Assembly: GCA_010093705.1 (NCBI GenBank)
Contig: MU006110.1
Location: forward strand, 120,037-140,036
DNA length: 20,000 nt
DNA from: Patellaria atrata CBS 101060
Lineage: Eukaryota
Direction: 5' to 3'
Below the pieces are notes generated by a model. The model ran no database searches and had not been told where the DNA came from. It saw only the letters and a program-made list of their open reading frames with translations. Within the stretch, counting starts at the first letter, position 1, and every line of letters starts with the position of its first letter. Shown here in pieces: positions 12,969 through 20,000 of this stretch. The position numbers were made by a program, and so were the translations under genes.

Positions 12969-14666
12969 CTATGATCGACTCCCAGGAATCTTCTTTATCT
13001 GCTCCCTCATCTCCCCCTTGACCCTCGTCACAGTACCACTTCCTCCATAGACCAGCGCGGTATAGATCATAGCTACACTAGCACCAGCATTAAGTACCTC
13101 GAGCGCTTGCGCACCGTTTGTGATACCCCCCGTTGCGAAGATGACTTTTGCCTCCGCGGACTGGGACGCCGATTGTGGCGATGTTCTAGTAGAGTGTCTC
13201 TCCGGTAGGCGGACAAGGGGTTGAGAACCTGGGGTATCAGGCTCAGGCTCTGGTTTGACGCCCGGCATGTTGCGTTTGACGCTCTCTTTTATCGTGTCCA
13301 GCACGGAAGTCTCCTCTGAGGATCCCTCAGTTGTAAAGTTGGTTGGTTTTGGTTGGTTCTCCGGCTCATCATCATCATATCGGTTTCTAGGCCCTTCATC
13401 TAATAGTTTCCTATATCTCTTCACCAGGGCTAACGTGCGCTCAAACATCTGAGGTCCGGAATACCCTCCCTGTTCCAGCAGTACATTCGCTTCTTTAGGC
13501 GGCAGGAGATACCCCTTTGGTAGCGGATCCGGTCGCTTCTTGGTCGTATTCCCTACAATCACCCCATCGACGCCCGAGGCCCAGACAGCCTTGCATATAC
13601 CTCCGATCTGAGCGTCAGAGTCCTCATCCGGGCTCACTTTAACCATGACTGCGGGTTTAGTCTTTCTATCCACGCTCTTTGCCGCTTGGACTACGCCAGT
13701 GAGGATGTGCGTTAGGGGTTCGAGGTTCTGAAGTTGTCGTAAGCCAGGGGTATTGGGACTCGAAACATTGACCACCACGATGTCGGAGTATCTCCCAAGG
13801 TGTTGAACACAAGCCACATAATCCCTCTCTACCGCCTCAATATCTTGGTCCGGCGTATTCTTATTCTTTGCAATCTGTACCGCAAGCAATCTCCCCCTCC
13901 TCAAACTTCCTGGCGGGACTCCTGCTTCCCCGTCCAAAACAATCTTCTCTGCATCCTCGCCAATCCCATAACCACGGTGGTATGCAAACTCCCTCATCCG
14001 TTGCCGCAGCACCATTGCTACGTGCTCCGCGCCCTCAGAATTGAGGCCGTACCTATTAATCAGTGCGTTTTGCGACGGCAACCTCCAAACCCTTGGCCTT
14101 TCATTACCGTCCTGCGGCCTCGGCGTGATGCCCCCGACCTCTACGATACCCGGACCCAGGGCGAATAGCGGATCCGGCACCTCTGCGTCTTTATCCAGGC
14201 CCGCCGAGACGCCGATCGGGTTGTCGAGCATGTGCCCGAAGACTTCGACTTGCAGATCTCCGACGGCGTAGGGGTCATTCCGTTCGCGCGGATGCAAACC
14301 GAAGGCATACAGAAATTTGAGAGCGCGGGTGCCAGCGTGGTGAGCATCCTCGGCGTCGGGGAAAAGGTAGCGTAGGGCGGGTGGGATCAGCCATTGGTGG
14401 ACGGCGGAGCGGTTGTCGGTGGTGTAGAGGTAGGTGAATGTTAGAGCTAGTATCAAACTTGTCCCATAGATGAAGTTCTTGACGCGGGTCGCGACGGGTC
14501 GAGCTATTACTGTAGTTGTGGTGGAACTGGATGAGAAACGGTATGGTTGGACGCGGTTAAGCTGTTTGGGAGCGAATTGGCGGAGGTGAGGATGCCATTG
14601 GTGACGGAGGATAGAACTTCTGGATTGTAGACGCAGTGGCACTGCCAGAAGTGCTCTGTTGATCAT
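12969..14666 (-). CDS. URA9: Dihydroorotate dehydrogenase (quinone), mitochondrial, class 2
   Basis: Intronless 565-aa ORF with an Arg/Ser-rich presequence and a TM segment. Motifs DAEDAH, NPIGVSAGLDK, PQDGN.RPRV, INRYGLNSEG, VVNVSSPNTPGLR, VKVSPD, GNTT, GGYSG and ATGGI. Confidence 0.97.
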   Translation of the reverse strand: MINRALLAVPLRLQSRSSILRHQWHPHLRQFAPKQLNRVQPYRFSSSSTTTTVIARPVATRVKNFIYGTSLILALTFTYLYTTDNRSAVHQWLIPPALRYLFPDAEDAHHAGTRALKFLYAFGLHPRERNDPYAVGDLQVEVFGHMLDNPIGVSAGLDKDAEVPDPLFALGPGIVEVGGITPRPQDGNERPRVWRLPSQNALINRYGLNSEGAEHVAMVLRQRMREFAYHRGYGIGEDAEKIVLDGEAGVPPGSLRRGRLLAVQIAKNKNTPDQDIEAVERDYVACVQHLGRYSDIVVVNVSSPNTPGLRQLQNLEPLTHILTGVVQAAKSVDRKTKPAVMVKVSPDEDSDAQIGGICKAVWASGVDGVIVGNTTKKRPDPLPKGYLLPPKEANVLLEQGGYSGPQMFERTLALVKRYRKLLDEGPRNRYDDDEPENQPKPTNFTTEGSSEETSVLDTIKESVKRNMPGVKPEPEPDTPGSQPLVRLPERHSTRTSPQSASQSAEAKVIFATGGITNGAQALEVLNAGASVAMIYTALVYGGSGTVTRVKGEMREQIKKIPGSRS

Positions 14667-15116
14667 CTTTGAAGCCCATGCATGAGGTATTAGAGCTCCG
14701 GGTATGAAGAGGTACTATATGAGGTTGAGGTTGGTGGGTAGAGCCAAGGCTCGTCATTGGCCCTCCAATGCTCCTCTGAGATGCGAAATAAGGGGTCAGT
14801 AGCATGTATTCTGATCATAGGTGGTCACTGTCTTCACCTCCAAATTCGACGGATTGAAATAATATCAAATATATGATAGCCATGTATACAAGTGTAGTCG
14901 AATATATATGAAGGACACATTGCCGTGCCCACTATCAATGCCACCACACAAGTCTTCCGTCTTGCCCATCATGATATTGAACGCCAAAAGAACCCAGCAA
15001 AGGTGCGAGTAAATCCCCAAACACGCCTCGCTCCCCAAACCTAGAATAAGGAGTTCATGCACATTATATGTTACAATGGAATATGACTTGACACCTACCC
15101 ACACGAGAACAGGTCT

Positions 15117-17364
15117 CTAGTCACCCTTTTCATTACTATTACTTCCCAAGAGGCTTTCTCGTCCATCTAACTTGAAAAACCCGTTCGTGCTGCCAAATGA
15201 TCTTCTGTTCAGTCTTCTACGCCATATGAAAAGGACGAGCAAGCTGACAACGAATGAAAGGGCCGCGAGCCAGGGGTGACCCAGACACACTTGTCGTATT
15301 CTGAAGAAGAAATGCTCGAAGCTGCTGATTGTGGATTTGGGACTGAGTTTTGGTGGAGAGGCGACAACTTTGGGGAGGGTTTCTAGAATTGACGTTCGCG
15401 ATGGAACTATCGGGTTACCGGTGATAGTGCTGTCCCAGTACAATCGGTTCTACATATTGATCAGCAAAGGGTAATGCAAGAAATGGCTGAGCAATAACTT
15501 ACGTCCTCATCATTAATAATAACCTTTTCACCTTCTTTGACGTTGATACCATATGTAGTGCGTATCCAACGCTCCCAGAATACACCATCGACCCACGCAA
15601 ATCCAACTTCTCTTCTCTCAATATCATCCATATTGATTCGAATGCTCTTCGCCGCTCGTAATGCCCTTTGATCATTTCTGTCCTCTGCTTCCTCAATACG
15701 GAGTTGTTTTGCATCCCGGAGCTCTTGTCTCTCAAGCTGGAATGCTTGAACTTGCTTGTCCATCCATTCAAGAGCAGCATTTTTTATCTCGCGTTTAGCG
15801 ATAATGAACTCATCCGGGCGATCACGACTCAAAATACCTAAAACAACCAATCGACCATCCATAATGTCCCTAGAGTTGGCCGGGGTGAGTTCTGGTACAA
15901 TTGGAAGCCAGTTGTCCCTCATCCAATTCAAAACCTTGCGGTAGTCCCTGATATCCTTGGGTGCCAATGGAGTGAAGTACGAAGGTTTGCCGTCTCTAGA
16001 CACTATAAGTCTAGGCCATGTGTGGATCTTATATCTATCAACAAGCTCCTGATCACTTGTCTTGACTAGACGGCCATGACCGACGAGACTAAGGGTTAAG
16101 CGATCCAATGCGGCCAGGTCTTCAGTAGTGGTGGCATGATCGTAGAAGTATACAAATATGACTTCTTCCGTCTCTTCCATCTTCTTGAAGGTTTCCGCAT
16201 CAACATCTACGACACCAGATCCAACCGTGAGGGCGCTATTGGCGAAATTCATGAGATCACCCAATCCTCGAAGACCATTGTAGGAGACGCGTTCTCCACC
16301 ACGGAAGAATAGCATGGAAGGGTAACCCTTAACGTCCGCATCCTTGCATAGTCGCTTCTCAGACTCGCAGTCAACTTCACCAATATTGAGTTTACCTTGC
16401 ATCTCGCGAGCCATTTCTGCCCAACTAGCTGACATAGCCTGACAATGATGACACCACGGGGCGTAGAATTTAATGAACCATGGATCGCTTGTCATAGTAA
16501 CAAATTTCTGGAAATTTTCGGCAGTAAGAGGTACTGATTGTCCTTTGGGATTCGCGGTCGAACTGGGTTGAGATACTGAACCGACGGTCTGAGAAGCAAT
16601 GACGTTGTGTGCTGATCCAGCAGCAGAACCAGCCGCAGGATTTTTGTCCTTCTGTTCGGATACAGCGGGTTTCGCATCCATAGAAACCTTATGAGCCCCC
16701 ACTTTGGGTAGTACCACACCATCCTTTGACCTCGATCCAGGACGGATAGACTCGAGTGCTTCCTCCATCATCTCGGCCATTTTTTCCAAGCTCTTCGCTC
16801 CCGAGCTTCTTTTAATCTCCTTTCCATCTCTAAACAGAATCACCGTAGGGAACGAGTGCACATCATGGTTGGAGCAAGCCGTACCAAAAGCTATGCAGTC
16901 AAGCTGGCCGAATTTAAAATCGTAGTATTTAGAGAACGAGTTCAGCCCGTCTCCATCTTGAGTGGAACCTATTGATGGAACCGAAGTGTAGTAGAATTCG
17001 TACAAGGTCTGCCATGTGGGAGCGAACTGTTGGCAATGGTGGCAATACGGAGAGAAAAACTCAACGAGCCTAGGGAAGGATGATTGTCAACGAATATGTC
17101 TACCGCAGCCTGGATCTATCTGACTGACCAATTGCCTTTGTTTATATTATCATCTATTGTCGTTCCTGTCAAGATGTTAAACGGCGGAACTTCGACCCCA
17201 TTAAAGGTTGTGCTTTCTCCAGCAATTGTCGCCTTTGCGCTTGCGGTTGTTTGGGCATCTGTTAGAGCCTTCTTGACGGCAGTGGCAGCCTCATCTAGTT
17301 GCGGAACGGCGAAGGCTCCCGAAAGAAGCGTGAGAGATAAGCTGAAGATTTGTAACGAGCGCAT
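15117..17364 (-). CDS. Membrane-anchored protein disulfide isomerase-like protein (Eps1-like) with two CHHC thioredoxin domains
   Basis: Exons 17364-17129, 17069-15503 and 15449-15117, 711 aa. Signal peptide MRSLQIFSLSLTLLSGAFA; WLVEFFSPYCHHC and WFIKFYAPWCHHC active sites; C-terminal TM helix followed by RRR and a short tail. Confidence 0.92.
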
Positions 17365-17794
17365 CGTGAAAGGAGGTGAGAGGTACTGCGGAGGAATTCT
17401 GTCGATTATGGAGCGGTAAAAGGAGGTAATTAAAACATGAGAAGGACGCGATGTGGTAAAAAGAATCCAAAGAAATTGCTGCCTCTTCCGCAGAATTATA
17501 TTATCAACCACTGTTCAACAGCTGAAGGTTGGTTGTTCGAAGGCGATATGTGTTTAAAAGTTCGTTCTCCTTTACGAGTACTGTAGGGTGCCTTGGACTG
17601 CCTTTGGTGGTTGTTGGATGCCCAGATGGGGGATCATCGTCTCATCTTTGACACTTGACCGCCTTAAGCTAGCGTGTGCCAAGATCTGTTTCGTGAATGA
17701 GAGCTCAAACCGAAGCTACATCGAACAGTAAGGTATACTCAACCCAATCTTTACCGTCGCATCGCCCTCATCCGCGGTCAATTGGTTGTTCAAA
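17365..17794. promoter_or_regulatory. Compact divergent promoter region between the PDI-like and NDUFA5 genes
   Basis: 430 nt separate two head-to-head start codons. Inferred from geometry only. Confidence 0.5.
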
Positions 17795-18662
17795 ATGAGG
17801 GCGGCTTCAAGACTTCTTGCTGCTGTCAAGTCCGGTCAATACCTTCAACCAGGAGCTCCAACAGGACTCACAGGACTCTATACCCATCCGTCACCGCGAA
17901 CCGCCCTTTTATACCACTACAATTCCACTCTAGAGAAGCTTAAAAGGTTCCCGGAACATTCAGTATACCGCCAAGCTACGGAAGCGCTCACAAAACAACG
18001 GTTAGCGATTGTAGAAGCCTATAAACCTCCAGGATGGGATCACTGGCACGAGAGCATGCTGGCCAAGATTGAGGATAATCCTAAACTTTACGGCAGCGTA
18101 GGTATCAAAAAGCTTGTGGCAGGTGATAAGGTCTTTGTCAACAATGTCATTCTGGGGGATATTGATGAAAGAGTGCAAGAGTGGGACGGAGAGAAATGGG
18201 AGCCACAGCTTGAAGGCTTAAGATCGATGAAGGAAAGGGAGAATCAAGCGCAGGCACTCGGGCAAGGTCTACACCCGAAAGATTACAATAAGGACGCTTT
18301 GAAAATTGAGCCAGAACCTCAATTGACAGCAGATCAGTAAGTCTCAACCGAGCAAGCAAACTATCCTTCAGGGCTATTTGTAAATTTCAATCACGGCTAC
18401 TAACCTTATCCCTCTAGGATAAGTGAGATTGAGTCGAAAATCGGTGCAGGACTCATCGAAGAAGTCATTGATGTAGCCATCGGCGAGAGCAAATTGGCTG
18501 GTGAGATGGCCAAAGCAGAAATGTGAATTTCTTTATCCCAATTATTAACCTGAATATTTTGCTTACAGACTTCGCAGATGGGGAGAACTTATTGAGAAAC
18601 CTGAGGAAGGTCAATGGAAGTATTTCGAACGGGCCACTCACACTGTTACGCAGAAACCATGA
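17795..18662 (+). CDS. NADH-ubiquinone oxidoreductase 29.9 kDa subunit (NDUFA5 homologue)
   Basis: Exons 17795-18336, 18418-18522 and 18578-18662. Motifs PTGLTGL.THPSPR, FPEHSVYRQATEALT..RL.IV, IESKIGAGLIEEVI.VA..E and W..L.EKP.EGQW.YFER. Confidence 0.95.
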
Positions 18663-19029
18663 CCGATAGTATGTGTATAATATGTATATATCACCAACGA
18701 AAGTTAGAGTTCTCCAAATGACGAGAAGATTTTCGGTCTTTGTGTAACACTCGGTATCGTCTAGATGATCTCGTGATTATGTATATTGTACCTTCCTTAT
18801 GGTAGCCGGCGATAATAACAGTAATAACAGGCTATAATACTCTGATATATCCATTCAATTTACTGCCAAGCTCTTGCGGCTCTTATGATTGTTGGTCCGA
18901 CAAGTTTCTTCCAGAATTTTTTAATGCCATGAATCTATTGCATGTCGCAATAGCATATAATCATAAGTAATGTAGTAGTGCATGGACAAGATAAATTACA
19001 GTTTTCTCTGCTCCGGTAATCCGCGACTA

Positions 19030-19960
19030 TCTAAAGAGTCTTTCAAGTTGATAATGTTCACTGCGATGATCATAGCTAGTGGTGTTGCAATCAATAGAAG
19101 CCCGATATTATTAACCAGGGTTCCATGATAAGGGGCGATAGGATATTAGAAACTTCACATGTCTTTTTATTTTGCCTCGAGCAAATTTGTAACGGACAGT
19201 CGAATTACTATACAGCTCGCATACGTGGTTTAAAGAGTCTATATCGATCCAACGAAATTCAAGGGGGTGAAACTCAATAATTGCTAAACGCCAATGACAA
19301 TCCATGACTTGGCCCGAGTATACTTGAGCTTCCTTTTCATGGGATAGGCCTGTTCTAAAGAGCTGTAGGGCTCTTGAGGACGGGAATGATGCATGTTTGT
19401 CCGATAGCTTCGATTGGCTCATATAGAAGTCTTCGATGTTATCGATAGAACGCTTCTTTTAGTATAGTAAAGTGCTAATGAATGCTAGGGTTGTAGACCA
19501 GCAAAAGAGGTGAAAGTTGTAACAAGTTATGGAAAGATTTGCCTCCGGAGAGTGACACGCACACAGCAGATATATGCATGATAACTTCACTCGTTTCCCA
19601 ACAAAGCGAGGAGCCGAGGAGTGTCTCGTAGTGCAAAAGGTACTTCCGTATGCAAAGAGACGTTCTCGACGACTTCTGATGACTGATGAGCTGTGATGAA
19701 TTGACGTTCGGGCAAAGTTCCGCCATCGGAGTATTGGAGAGAGAACGGCGAGCTGGGCGATTACCTGCAGCTAATGCTGATCAGGGCCACTCTTCCCGGA
19801 CGCCACCGACTGAACTTGTCCCCAAGAAGTTGCTTAGGGTTTAAAATAAATCCTTGAAAGGGACGTTGTTGAAGATTTCTCTCTCAAGCAGTCAGCACGA
19901 TACGAGCCAGGAGCCAGCTGTAATCCAGCATCTTCAGCATACCACATACAAAAACGTAGC
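19030..19960 (-). pseudogene. Possible decayed gene remnant of unknown family
   Basis: Two consecutive minus-strand ORFs (19726-19475 and 19422-19111) extend with few stops. An intron-like GTATGT..GCTGAC..AG element lies at ~19949-19880. No recognisable motif. Confidence 0.2.
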
Positions 19961-20000
19961 GTGCCACTTCAACGGCTATCCCGAAACTAGGTTTTTTTTT

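Overview
Filamentous ascomycete genomic DNA, judged by short 47-81 nt GT-AG introns with CTRAY-type branch sites. The right part holds conserved housekeeping genes: peroxisomal enoyl-CoA hydratase, Ych1/Ibp1-type Cdc25-rhodanese phosphatase, mitochondrial dihydroorotate dehydrogenase, Eps1-like membrane PDI and complex I subunit NDUFA5. The left ~8.8 kb looks accessory. It has an intact multi-exon gene fusing a SesA/HeLo-like N-terminal domain, a ubiquitin-like domain and a Cys4 motif to a divergent Hog1-like MAP kinase that runs off the window, then two tandem disrupted Bys1-like secreted-protein genes and further decayed sequence. Between the phosphatase and DHODH genes lies a ~1.2 kb array of 12-13 degenerate ~100-bp repeats that the ORF track does not explain. 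The repeats encode an RRTS[I/V/L] (PKA-site-like) peptide and look like a pseudogenised repeat protein. Exon boundaries were derived by hand and family names come from recognised motifs, not database searches.
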